Shown here: in pieces, positions 40,697 through 50,191 of the stretch | Layout: each line of letters begins with the position of its first letter | Position numbering within the stretch: position 1 is the stretch's first letter | NCBI GenBank assembly: GCA_038321985.1 | Contig: JBBQFN010000004.1 | Location: 192,001-256,000, forward strand | Source of the DNA: Cyanophyceae cyanobacterium | GTDB taxonomy: Bacteria; Cyanobacteriota; Cyanobacteriia; Cyanobacteriales; Laspinemataceae | Direction of reading: 5' to 3' | DNA length: 64,000 nt | Translations under genes and position numbers: made by a program | Notes under the pieces: model-generated | Seen by the model: the letters and a program-made list of their open reading frames with translations, nothing else | Database searches by the model: none | What the model was told of the DNA's origin: nothing

Positions 40697-43492
40697 ATGA
40701 AAATTCCACAAGCAACTTACCGGATTCAATTTAACTCTAACTTCCAGTTTGCCGATGCTGAAAAAATTGTAGACTATCTAGCCGATTTGGGAATATCAGA
40801 TATTTACGCCTCGCCCATTTTTAAAGCCCGTAAAGGCAGTACCCACGGCTATGATGTGGTGGATCCCAATCAACTTAATCCGGAACTGGGAAATGGGGAA
40901 GCCTTTGAGTCCCTGATGGAAAAAGTTCAAGGGGAAAATTTAGGGTGGGTGCAAGATATTGTGCCGAACCATACCGCCTACGATAGCGAAAATGCTCTGT
41001 TAATGGATGTGCTAGAAAATGGAGCAGCTTCGGATTATTTTGACTACTTTGATATTGCCTGGAATGCACCTTATGGTGATATTAGTGAAGGGGTATTGGC
41101 TCCTTTGCTCGGAAATTTTTATCAAGAGTGTCTGGAAAATGGAGAAATTCAGCTTGAGTACGATTCCACGGGGTTAAGTATCCAATATTATAGCTTGAAA
41201 TTGCCGATCCGCATTGAGTCTTATGTGCCTTTTTTGACCCATAATTTAGGGCAACTGCGAAAAACTTTGGGCCGAAATCATCCAGAATTTATCAAGCTGC
41301 TAGGAATTCTTTATTTATTAAAAAATATTCCCACCGAAACGAAAGGGCGGGAACGGTATGATCAACTCAGTTTTGTTAAAGGATTGTTGGGGGAGTTGTA
41401 TGAACAAAATTCCGATATTTGCCAATTTATCCAAAGTAATTTAAAAGACTTTAATGGCACCCCAGGAATGCCAGAAACTTTTAATTTACTAGAGGAGTTG
41501 CTGCGAGAACAAGTGTATCGCCTCACGTTCTGGAAAGTGGGGGCGGAAGAAATTAATTACCGACGCTTTTTTACAGTAAATGAATTGATTTCAGTCCGAG
41601 TTGAAACCCTGCGGGTGTTTCATGATACCCATGATTTAATAGCCAAGCTGGTAAAAGAGGGAAAATTTACCGGGGTACGAATCGATCATATTGATGGACT
41701 CTATGACCCTCAGCAATATTTACAACGATTGCGAGATAAATTGGGGGATGTGTATATTACGGTGGAAAAAATCCTGGAAATGGAAGAAATCCTGCCATCA
41801 AATTGGCCGATTGAGGGAACCAGCGGCTACGATTTTATGAATCGGCTGAATGGGTTGTTTTGTAATTGCCATAATCAAGATAGATTTAGTGAGATTTATG
41901 CTGATTTTAGCGGATTAAGCCAATCTTACACTAACCTGTTTTTTGAGAAAAAACACCTAATTGCCGATCGCAATATGGCGGGAGATGCGGACAATTTGGC
42001 CCATTTGTTAAAATCTATTGCGAATCAATCTCGGGAGGGACGGGATTTTACTTTATATTCCCTGAAACGGGCTCTAGTAGAAGTGCTGGTGGCGTTCCCT
42101 GTTTATCGCACCTATATTAATGGGGAAGGGGTCAGCAGTCGCGATCGCCACTATATCCAAGAGGTCATTGCTCAAGCGAAGCAGCTTCTACCCTTGCAGG
42201 GAAAAGAACTAGAATTCATTGAAAAATTAATGTTGTTGGAAAACGCCGATTACTTAACTGAAGAAGAACGAGAGCAACGTCTTTATTCGGTCATGCGAAT
42301 TCAGCAGTGGACGGGTCCGTTGATGGCAAAAGGGATTGAAGATACCCTATTTTACGTTTACAATCGGTTGGTTTCTTTAAATGAAGTGGGTGGGGACCCG
42401 GCCCAATTTGGCCTAACTTTGGAGAAATTCCACGAATTCAATATTCAACAACATGAAAGTTGGATTCATAAAATGAATGCCACTTCAACCCATGATACAA
42501 AACGGGGAGAAGATGTCCGCGCCCGCATCAATGTCCTCTCTGAAATTCCTGATGAGTGGGAACAGCAGGTAAATTCCTGGCGAGAAAGTAACCAAGAACA
42601 TAAAACCCCTCTTCAGCATAAAATGGTCCCAACTGCCAATGATGAATATTTCTTTTATCAAACCCTGCTAGGAGCTTTCCCCTTTGCACCTAGCGAATAT
42701 TCCGAGTTTATTGAACGCGTGAAAGAATGTTCAATCAAATCAGTTCGTGAAGCCAAAGTACACACGGCTTGGTTACGTCCCGATACGGCATATGAGGAGG
42801 GATTTCGGGCCTTTATTGATGGGGTGATGAAGCAGTCGCCTGATAATATATTTCTCCAAAAATTCCAGCCTTTTCAACAGAAAATAGCGAGTTATGGAGT
42901 TTATAATTCTCTGGCTCAAGTGTTGCTAAAACTGACCACTCCGGGAGTACCTGATTTTTACCAAGGAACAGAATTATGGGATTTAAGTTTAGTTGACCCG
43001 GACAACCGACGGGCCGTCAATTTTGAATACCGGATAGCAGCGTTAGGAGAAATTCGCACCCAAGCATCCGAGGATATTTTGACTTTAATGCAGGGGTTAC
43101 TTGCCCACCCCGAATCGGGAAAAATTAAACTCTTTGCGATCGCCCAAATTTTAGAAGCGCGATCGCAGGCAGTCGAACTCTTTCAAACGGGAGAGTATCA
43201 ACCCCTCAAAGTATCGGGCAAATTTAGTGAAAATATTGTGGCATTTGCGCGATCGCACGGAAATCAGGTGGCGATCGCTATTGCACCCCGCTTTCTCACC
43301 CATTTGATCCAACCGGGAACTCTCCCCCTTGGGGAAGTCTGGCAAGACACCCATTTAGAACTGCCTTCGGGACTGCCTTCGGTATGGAAAGATGCAATTT
43401 CCGGACAACCTATTCAAACCGAGGGTACCCTATCAATCGCCCAAACCTTAACCCATTTCCCAATTGCCTTGCTAATGAGTCAAACTCCTTAA
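40697..43492 (+). CDS. treY: Malto-oligosyltrehalose synthase
   Basis: ATYRIQF, STHGYDVVD, DIVPNH, RIDHIDGL, STHDTKRGEDVRARI, LVDPDNRR. Confidence 0.96.
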   Translation: MKIPQATYRIQFNSNFQFADAEKIVDYLADLGISDIYASPIFKARKGSTHGYDVVDPNQLNPELGNGEAFESLMEKVQGENLGWVQDIVPNHTAYDSENALLMDVLENGAASDYFDYFDIAWNAPYGDISEGVLAPLLGNFYQECLENGEIQLEYDSTGLSIQYYSLKLPIRIESYVPFLTHNLGQLRKTLGRNHPEFIKLLGILYLLKNIPTETKGRERYDQLSFVKGLLGELYEQNSDICQFIQSNLKDFNGTPGMPETFNLLEELLREQVYRLTFWKVGAEEINYRRFFTVNELISVRVETLRVFHDTHDLIAKLVKEGKFTGVRIDHIDGLYDPQQYLQRLRDKLGDVYITVEKILEMEEILPSNWPIEGTSGYDFMNRLNGLFCNCHNQDRFSEIYADFSGLSQSYTNLFFEKKHLIADRNMAGDADNLAHLLKSIANQSREGRDFTLYSLKRALVEVLVAFPVYRTYINGEGVSSRDRHYIQEVIAQAKQLLPLQGKELEFIEKLMLLENADYLTEEEREQRLYSVMRIQQWTGPLMAKGIEDTLFYVYNRLVSLNEVGGDPAQFGLTLEKFHEFNIQQHESWIHKMNATSTHDTKRGEDVRARINVLSEIPDEWEQQVNSWRESNQEHKTPLQHKMVPTANDEYFFYQTLLGAFPFAPSEYSEFIERVKECSIKSVREAKVHTAWLRPDTAYEEGFRAFIDGVMKQSPDNIFLQKFQPFQQKIASYGVYNSLAQVLLKLTTPGVPDFYQGTELWDLSLVDPDNRRAVNFEYRIAALGEIRTQASEDILTLMQGLLAHPESGKIKLFAIAQILEARSQAVELFQTGEYQPLKVSGKFSENIVAFARSHGNQVAIAIAPRFLTHLIQPGTLPLGEVWQDTHLELPSGLPSVWKDAISGQPIQTEGTLSIAQTLTHFPIALLMSQTP

Positions 43493-43739
43493 TTCTTGCC
43501 GACTCTGCCTTAAGTCTAACCCGCTTAAAAACATCTTGAAGGCGGATGTAGAGACAAGAAATAGGGCATCTCTATAAGGGTTTGAGTGCTTTTACAAAAT
43601 TGATAGAACCTCACCCTGATAGCATCCTAGAGCCATATTCCAACACTTTTTGGAGAGGAGCGCTACAATGGGAAAAAGTGCCACGCCCTAGAGCGCTCCC
43701 CTTTTTTTAAGTTGTAATTTAACATCAAACCGTGATAAA

Positions 43740-45269
43740 ATGTTAGAAGCTGTCTTCCAACCCAATGAGTTTCCCAGTCCCGAGCGTATTGCATCGGTAA
43801 GAGAGTATATCAAGAAAACTTGGAAAACTCTCTATCGTTCCCATGAGCATATTTTAGAAGCGGCAAAAGATGAAAAAATTGGTCATACCGATGACCAACG
43901 CTGGCCGATTTATATTTCCGCCCTGGAGGATAGAGCCCGGGTCGAAGCAGAGTTTAAAGGGGTGCTCAGCCCGGAAGAATATCAGCAAATTGAGATTTTA
44001 AGTTTGCCCTCAGAAATAGACCAAATTAAAGAACATGGGTTGCTCTATCTTCCCGGTGATTATGTGGTTCCCGGAGGCCGATTTAATGAAATGTATGGCT
44101 GGGATAGCTATTTTATCGTATTAGGATTGTTACGAGATGGGGAGGTAGAATTAGCCAAGAGTCAAGTGGATCAATTAATTTATCAAATCGACCATTACGG
44201 AACGATTTTAAATGCGAATCGCAGCTATTTGTTATCGCGATCACAACCGCCATTTTTAACCCCGATGATTTTGGCAGTCTTTGAACAAACTCAGGATAAA
44301 GACTGGCTGCGATCGGTATTAGGTGCGGTAGAAAGTCATTATTACTACTGGATTGTCCCCCCCCACTTAAATCAATCCACCGGATTGTCTCGATATTGTG
44401 CATTAGGAGAAGGACCGGCACCGGAAGTGCTCGTGTCCGAAACGGACGAACTCGGCAGGACTCACTACGATCGCATTCGAGAATATTATCGCCGCTTTGA
44501 AGTAATGGCTTATGATGTGAGTTTGTATTACGATCGCAAAGCCGATTCCCTCACGGACCTCTTTTATAAAGGCGATCGCTCCATGAGAGAATCGGGATTC
44601 GACCCCTCAAACCGTTTTGGTCCTTTTAATATCGATATCATTCACTATGCGCCGGTTTGTTTAAACTCGCTGCTGTATCGTATGGAACAAGATATTGCCC
44701 AAATCCTTAAGATTCTAGGCAATCCTAAACTGGCAGAATCCTGGGTTGATCGCGCTCATAATCGCCATCAGCTAATCGATAAATTTCTCTGGGATGAAAA
44801 CTCAGGTTTGTACTTAGATTATAACTTCCGCAATAACGAACGCCGTCTGTATGAATTCGCTACAACTTTTTATCCTTTGTGGGTAGGACTTGCTTCAGAA
44901 GCACAAGCAGAACGGGTGGTAACAAACTTAGAATTATTTGAAGCCCCGGGAGGCTTACTGACGAGTACCCACGTCACGGGTAATCAATGGGATGCACCCT
45001 TTGGTTGGGCACCTTTAACCTTAATTGCGGTGGAAGGGTTGTATCGCTATGGGTATCGCGAGGATGGCGATCGCATTGCTGGAAAATTTATTAATTTAGT
45101 AACCCAAGAATTTGAAAAAACCGGAACCTTATTAGAAAAATACGACGTTCTTTCTTGTTCTTCGGAAGTTTCTAAGGAAATTATGTTTGGCTACAATACC
45201 AATGAAATTGGATTTGGTTGGACTAATGGTTCAGTTTTAGAATTATTGGCTCAAATGCAAAAGGGCTAA
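43740..45269 (+). CDS. treH: Alpha,alpha-trehalase (GH37)
   Basis: VPGGRFNEMYGWDSYF, RSQPP, ESGFD, QWDAPFGWAP, GFGWTNG. Confidence 0.93.
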   Translation: MLEAVFQPNEFPSPERIASVREYIKKTWKTLYRSHEHILEAAKDEKIGHTDDQRWPIYISALEDRARVEAEFKGVLSPEEYQQIEILSLPSEIDQIKEHGLLYLPGDYVVPGGRFNEMYGWDSYFIVLGLLRDGEVELAKSQVDQLIYQIDHYGTILNANRSYLLSRSQPPFLTPMILAVFEQTQDKDWLRSVLGAVESHYYYWIVPPHLNQSTGLSRYCALGEGPAPEVLVSETDELGRTHYDRIREYYRRFEVMAYDVSLYYDRKADSLTDLFYKGDRSMRESGFDPSNRFGPFNIDIIHYAPVCLNSLLYRMEQDIAQILKILGNPKLAESWVDRAHNRHQLIDKFLWDENSGLYLDYNFRNNERRLYEFATTFYPLWVGLASEAQAERVVTNLELFEAPGGLLTSTHVTGNQWDAPFGWAPLTLIAVEGLYRYGYREDGDRIAGKFINLVTQEFEKTGTLLEKYDVLSCSSEVSKEIMFGYNTNEIGFGWTNGSVLELLAQMQKG

Positions 45270-45348
45270 AAAATAAACCCCAGGTTTAAAAAGCCCCCCT
45301 AGAATCAGGGGGGTTGGGGGATTTCTGCTCAAGGCTGGCACCCCTAAT

Positions 45349-45693
45349 CTATTCTTCTTTTTTCTCAACAACCAGAGTGAGGCGAGCTACCATTGCTCCG
45401 ATTGCCCCAACTGCTGCGATGATGGGAAATAATGCCACTCCGATTGTCCCACCCACAACTCCAACGGTAAGGGGGATTTCAATCAGGGTGTGACCCTCTT
45501 CATTTTTAATGACAATGCGTCTAGCATTTCCTTGTTGGATCAGCTCTCTAACTTTTTTGGCGAGATCGTCTCCATTGAGTTTAAATTCCTCAAGCCGCAC
45601 CTTTGAATTGGTTTGCACTTCAGGGTTGATCGGCATAACAGGGTCTGGGAAAGCCGTTCCGATTGGATCTTCTGGGCGAATGGGTTCAGTCAT
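45349..45693 (-). CDS. DUF4342 protein
   Basis: EEFKLNG..L..KVRELIQQGNARRIVIK....LIEIPLTVG. Confidence 0.8.
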   Translation of the reverse strand: MTEPIRPEDPIGTAFPDPVMPINPEVQTNSKVRLEEFKLNGDDLAKKVRELIQQGNARRIVIKNEEGHTLIEIPLTVGVVGGTIGVALFPIIAAVGAIGAMVARLTLVVEKKEE

Positions 45694-46231
45694 GATGACC
45701 GGTCCTATGAATGGAAGTATGCTTATAGTTTATCAAAGAGTTCTAGAGATTACTAAGGTAGCGATCGCCCACCGGGAGTTAGGCGGATGCCACGGGGAGG
45801 GGACCCAGGGAACGGGTATAGCGGTAATCTCCCTCTCAAGGTGCGTCTACTTCCCAGCAGAGGGGAAAAGTCGATCTAGAAGGGAGAGAGGGTTAGGAAG
45901 CGGACTAATGGAGTCTTGAGCTTATTTTCGTTACAATTATGACCAGAATGCAGAGGGATATCGAGACGAATTGATGCCAAAGGAAGAGGGATTGTTTAGG
46001 GTAGCACTCTTGACAACCGGGTGAAAGGCAAGGGAGTATTTGAAAACGCCTCCAGTGCATTTTAGTGCTTGAGGGCGATTGTAACAGATGAGGGGTCAAA
46101 CCCTCTAGGCAGGAAAGGGAAAAACCTTCTACTTGATGCGGATTAATGGACTCCTTTAAAATTTCACTGCAATTTTTACAAAAAGGCATCTCCCTTTTGC
46201 TAACCTAATCAATTTTAATAGGTCTGATTTC

Positions 46232-47167
46232 ATGGCGAAACGGGAGCATCTACTCATACAATTTAAGCGAATTATTAAAGCGCATCATTGGCTAGATTTA
46301 ACAGAATTTCTGTTATTAGTTAGCTGTGCGGTTGGAACCCTCGTGGCGGCAGTCACAAAACAAGTGGCATACCTGGCTGTTCCGGTAACCCTGGCCCTGT
46401 GGCTAAATTTTGTTAACCAGAAACGCCGGGATGGATTGCAACAACAAGAAATCCCCCCTTTTGTTTCTGAAATTGAGCTAAAATTGTCGGAATTAAATCA
46501 ACAGATACAGGCTCTTCCCCCGCCAGTTTCTATTAATTTAACAGAAGTTAACGAAGAACTTTCTAAGCTGAATAAATCCGTAACAATGATTGAGGGTAAA
46601 GCGGCTTTTATGACCTCAAAAGTTTACGATAATTTAACCATAAAAATTGATGCCCTGCACAAAAAAATTGCTGATTTTACCGAACCCTTCGACTTAACCC
46701 GGTTTGAAGCAAAAATTGCCTCATTGAATGTTGCCGTCCAATTTTTAGCCCAACGCCCCATAGTTGATTTACAAGAAGTTGAGAAACTACATCGTCAAAT
46801 TTTGCAAGTCGAAGCCGATCGCCGGGATGTACTTTCTCCTTACCTTCAGCGCTTGGAAGGGGAGATTCAAAAGGTACAACATACCGACCTAATTTTGACC
46901 CGGAAATTGGACACCCTCAGCCAAAAGTTTAGCGCTCGACCGGAAATGGCGCAACTGTCTAGATTAAGCCGGATAGTGGGACGGTTAAGCGATAGCTTAA
47001 ACCAAATGCAACAGACGGAAGCGATCGCCTCCCTCTATGAAGATATCGCCCGACTCTCCCAGGACTTAAACCAGTTAAAGCAACAATTAAACCCGGGAGG
47101 GCCAATTACCCCGGTTCAGGAACCGACACCCACTCCGCAGAAAGATCCATTCGGGATGGATCGGTAA
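46232..47167 (+). CDS. Hypothetical membrane-anchored coiled-coil protein
   Basis: Two N-terminal hydrophobic segments followed by heptad-rich helical sequence. Confidence 0.7.
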   Translation: MAKREHLLIQFKRIIKAHHWLDLTEFLLLVSCAVGTLVAAVTKQVAYLAVPVTLALWLNFVNQKRRDGLQQQEIPPFVSEIELKLSELNQQIQALPPPVSINLTEVNEELSKLNKSVTMIEGKAAFMTSKVYDNLTIKIDALHKKIADFTEPFDLTRFEAKIASLNVAVQFLAQRPIVDLQEVEKLHRQILQVEADRRDVLSPYLQRLEGEIQKVQHTDLILTRKLDTLSQKFSARPEMAQLSRLSRIVGRLSDSLNQMQQTEAIASLYEDIARLSQDLNQLKQQLNPGGPITPVQEPTPTPQKDPFGMDR

Positions 47168-47652
47168 GTGGACAGGCATCGAGTCAACAGAGATTTAATA
47201 GTGTCCAGGGTTCTCAAGGGTTGCAACCCGTGATAATTCTCGCTGATATTGGTCTTCCACATTCCCCTAAATCCCCTTTAAAAAGGCAGACTTTGAGACA
47301 GTTCTCCCCTAGTTCAGGGGAGTTATCGGGGATCTCCCCAGAGGGTAGGAAAGGAAGAATACTCAGACATCCGAGGGAATGAACCCGCCCTCAAAGGCGT
47401 AGAGTTTCCCCCAGAACGAGGGCGATCGCAACTGATACCCTAGCCGCTTTCTGGGTTTTAAGCGCTCAGGTTGATGGCAAAATAGAAAAGCCGTCTATTT
47501 TTATTCTTTTGGGGAGTTACCGGCCACACAGTTTTCAATTAAAATAGTTTCTTCTATGCCAAACTTAATAGTTTAGCGGCGATCCCCGATAAGGATAGAA
47601 TCATGCGCAATGTTCGCGAATAAACAGAAAGATTAGAAGAGGTAAAAAAGTA

Positions 47653-49758
47653 GTGACGACCAATATTACCACAAAAGAAGTCCGAACACAGATCCAAGCA
47701 ATAAAAATTAAAGTTGAACGAAACGGCCATTTGACCCCGATCGCTCAAATTGCACCTGTAGAGGTAGCGGGTACTAAAATCGAGCACGCCAGTTTTCTCG
47801 GAAGCGATCGCTTGACCGAGTTAAACCCCCAGATCGGCGACACCATCATCGTTTGTTCCGCTGGAACCGATAAGATGGCGGAAGTGGTGGGGGTACTCTC
47901 AGAAGAACGACCTTCCGGCAGCCAACCCTTTAAAATGCCAACCCACTGCCCGGAATGCGGATCCCCCGTCATCCGGACCGCTGATGATGAAATGAGCTGT
48001 CTTAATTCCTCCTGTGATCCCATTCTTCCCTTCAGCCTGTTAAATTGGTCCAGTCGAGAGGCAATGGAAATTAGCGGACTGGGAGAAAAGCTGGGACAGC
48101 AACTCATCGAACATGGACTGGTTAAGTCGATCGCCGACTTGTACGACATCAACGCCGACCACCTGATCGCCTTAGAAGGGATGGGGAAAAAATCGGCAAA
48201 AAACCTGCTTAAGGCGATCGCCAAATCCAAATCCCTCCCCTGGTCCAGAGTCCTAGCGAGTTTAGGAATCCGCCAGGTGGATCGCCCTACCGCGCAACTG
48301 CTAACTCAACAGTTTGCTACCGTCGCAGACCTCGCCAAAGCCGAAGTCTCGGAACTTGACGCCATTGAGCGCATCACTCCGGAAATCTCCCAGTCTGTCT
48401 ATAACTGGTTCCGGATTAAAGCCAATCAAACCTTAATTGAGCGTTTATCCGCTGCCGGGTTGCAACTTCCTTCCGTGGCATTACCCGAGGTCCTGGATGT
48501 CCCTGTAGCGCCAGAAAAGCCAGAAACGACGACCCAGGAGGTCCAACCCTCAGCGGCATTACCCCCCGAAGTCCTGGATGCCCCTGTAGCGCCAGAAAAG
48601 CCAGAAACGACGAGCCCAGAGGTCCAACCCTCAGCGGCACCGCTGGAACCGGAACCCCTTGCGATCGCTGATGCTTCTCCCTCAGAAACCCTCTCTAATA
48701 TCCCGTCGGAATTGGATGCAACCGTTGAACAATTACAAACTGTAACTCAGCAGAGTGTTCAATTACAAGCGGATTTAGAACAAGCAACTCAGCATTCAAG
48801 TCAATTGCAATCCGAGTTAGAAGAAATTCGGACAAGTCTAAAAAATGCCGAACAAAAAACGGCACAACTCCAATCGGAATTGGAGGAAAGTCGGCAGCAG
48901 TTGGGTCAAGCAAATCAGTCTGAATTGCTGGAATCAGAACTGGCCGAAACTCGTTCTCAACTTACGCAAGCACAGGAAAAAAGCGCTCAATTAAATGCTC
49001 AAGTAGAGGAAATTCGTACAGCTTTAGAATCTTCTACTCGCCAAACGGAAGAACTCAGATCGCAGTTAGTGCAATCTCAGCAAAAGTCAGGGGAATTAGA
49101 CTCTCAACTGCATGAGGTGCGATCGCAGTTGCAGCAAGTGCAACAGCATTCCGGACAATTGCAGTTGCAAGTCGAGGAAGCACATCACCAAGTTGCCAAC
49201 CTCAACACCGACTTAAATGCAACGCGCACAGAGTTGCAGCAAGCGCAACAGGAGCGATCGCAGATTCAGTCCCACCTGGAAGAACGGGGGGAACAATTAC
49301 AACAAGTGGAAGCCGAAAAACAGGATTTGCAAACGCAACTGTCTAACACCCGGACCCAGTTACTCGGAGTGGAAGAACAGAGATCGCACCTGGAAACCGA
49401 AATAGCTCACATCAAGGGAGAAAGCCAGCGATCGCAACAACAGCGAGCGGATTTAGAGGCACAGCTTGCCAAATCCCACGCAGCGCAGTCTCAACTCCAG
49501 GGAGATTTATCAGAAATTCAAGAAAAATTACAAGGTGTCTTACATGATCGCTCCCACTCCGACATCCGTGTAACCCAAGCCAACAGTGAGCGATCAGATG
49601 CTCTATCGCAATTGGAAGCCGCCAACCAACAGCGAGCGCAGATAGAATCACAACTGGCCCTAGTGCGATCGCAAACCCCCATGTTGAAAGCTGGAGTATT
49701 TCTAGCCTTCCTATTTGGGTCCCTAATTGCGTGGTTCTTAGCCCTAGCTATTTACTAA
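47653..49758 (+). CDS. Protein with LigA-derived OB fold, C4 Zn finger and HhH domains, a long coiled coil and a C-terminal TM anchor; no adenylation or BRCT domain
   Basis: LTPIAQIAPVEVAG, CPECGS...CLNSSC, AMEISGLGEKL, GMGKKSAKNLL, LGIRQV; Q/E-rich heptads; hydrophobic tail GVFLAFLFGSLIAWFLALAIY. Confidence 0.85.
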   Translation: MTTNITTKEVRTQIQAIKIKVERNGHLTPIAQIAPVEVAGTKIEHASFLGSDRLTELNPQIGDTIIVCSAGTDKMAEVVGVLSEERPSGSQPFKMPTHCPECGSPVIRTADDEMSCLNSSCDPILPFSLLNWSSREAMEISGLGEKLGQQLIEHGLVKSIADLYDINADHLIALEGMGKKSAKNLLKAIAKSKSLPWSRVLASLGIRQVDRPTAQLLTQQFATVADLAKAEVSELDAIERITPEISQSVYNWFRIKANQTLIERLSAAGLQLPSVALPEVLDVPVAPEKPETTTQEVQPSAALPPEVLDAPVAPEKPETTSPEVQPSAAPLEPEPLAIADASPSETLSNIPSELDATVEQLQTVTQQSVQLQADLEQATQHSSQLQSELEEIRTSLKNAEQKTAQLQSELEESRQQLGQANQSELLESELAETRSQLTQAQEKSAQLNAQVEEIRTALESSTRQTEELRSQLVQSQQKSGELDSQLHEVRSQLQQVQQHSGQLQLQVEEAHHQVANLNTDLNATRTELQQAQQERSQIQSHLEERGEQLQQVEAEKQDLQTQLSNTRTQLLGVEEQRSHLETEIAHIKGESQRSQQQRADLEAQLAKSHAAQSQLQGDLSEIQEKLQGVLHDRSHSDIRVTQANSERSDALSQLEAANQQRAQIESQLALVRSQTPMLKAGVFLAFLFGSLIAWFLALAIY
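48477..48639 (+). repeat. Intragenic tandem duplication with 81-bp period
   Basis: GTCCTGGATG at 48490 and 48571; encodes EVLD.PVAPEKPETT..EVQPSAA twice. Confidence 0.9.
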
Positions 49759-49800
49759 AGTTATATCCTTAATCAGCAATTCAGGGGTAAAAGTATCAAA

Positions 49801-49832
49801 AGGGACGTAGCAGTGCTACGTCCCTCTTTTTT
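49801..49832 (+). terminator. Terminator / REP-like palindrome after the LigA-derived gene
   Basis: AGGGACGTAGCA-G-TGCTACGTCCCT followed by CTTTTTT. Confidence 0.7.
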
Positions 49833-49980
49833 GAGCCAAGTCCAATCCTTTACCCATCTCCTGATCCAATTGTTCGGCTTTACCACAGCCAGTCATAACA
49901 TTGAAAAAACTACTCCCTGTACCGGAAAATAAGAGCTTCCGCCCTTATTTTCTTGGGTATGTGGAAAGTGCATGATTAAA

Positions 49981-50052
49981 ATGCGTAAAAATCATGGGTA
50001 AAAATATTTTGTAACTTTAGATACTAACCCCCCTAGTTTATGCGATTAACTT
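49981..50052 (+). promoter_or_regulatory. NtcA/NtcB-dependent nirA promoter
   Basis: AT-N11-AT (49981-49995), GTA-N8-TAC (50011-50024), 22-nt spacer, TAACTT -10 box (50047-50052). Confidence 0.85.
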
Positions 50053-50105
50053 ATAGGGAAATCAAGCGCAAATTCCAGGAGAAATAAATCGCAATAAAAA
50101 ATAAA

Positions 50106-50119
50106 GTAATCAATGATAC
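50106..50119. promoter_or_regulatory. Second NtcA box in the nirA leader
   Basis: GTAATCAATGATAC matches GTA-N8-TAC. Confidence 0.6.
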
Positions 50120-50191
50120 GGTTTCTACTTTTTTAGAAATTTGCTAGGTTATTATTTTCATTAACAGGAAACAGATAAAAAGAGGTTCTCT

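Noticed and set aside
47653..48470. Calling the gene ligA or a ligA pseudogene
   Set aside because: No adenylation domain or KxDG motif, no recognisable ligase remnant upstream, and the frame continues intact into a coiled coil and TM helix.
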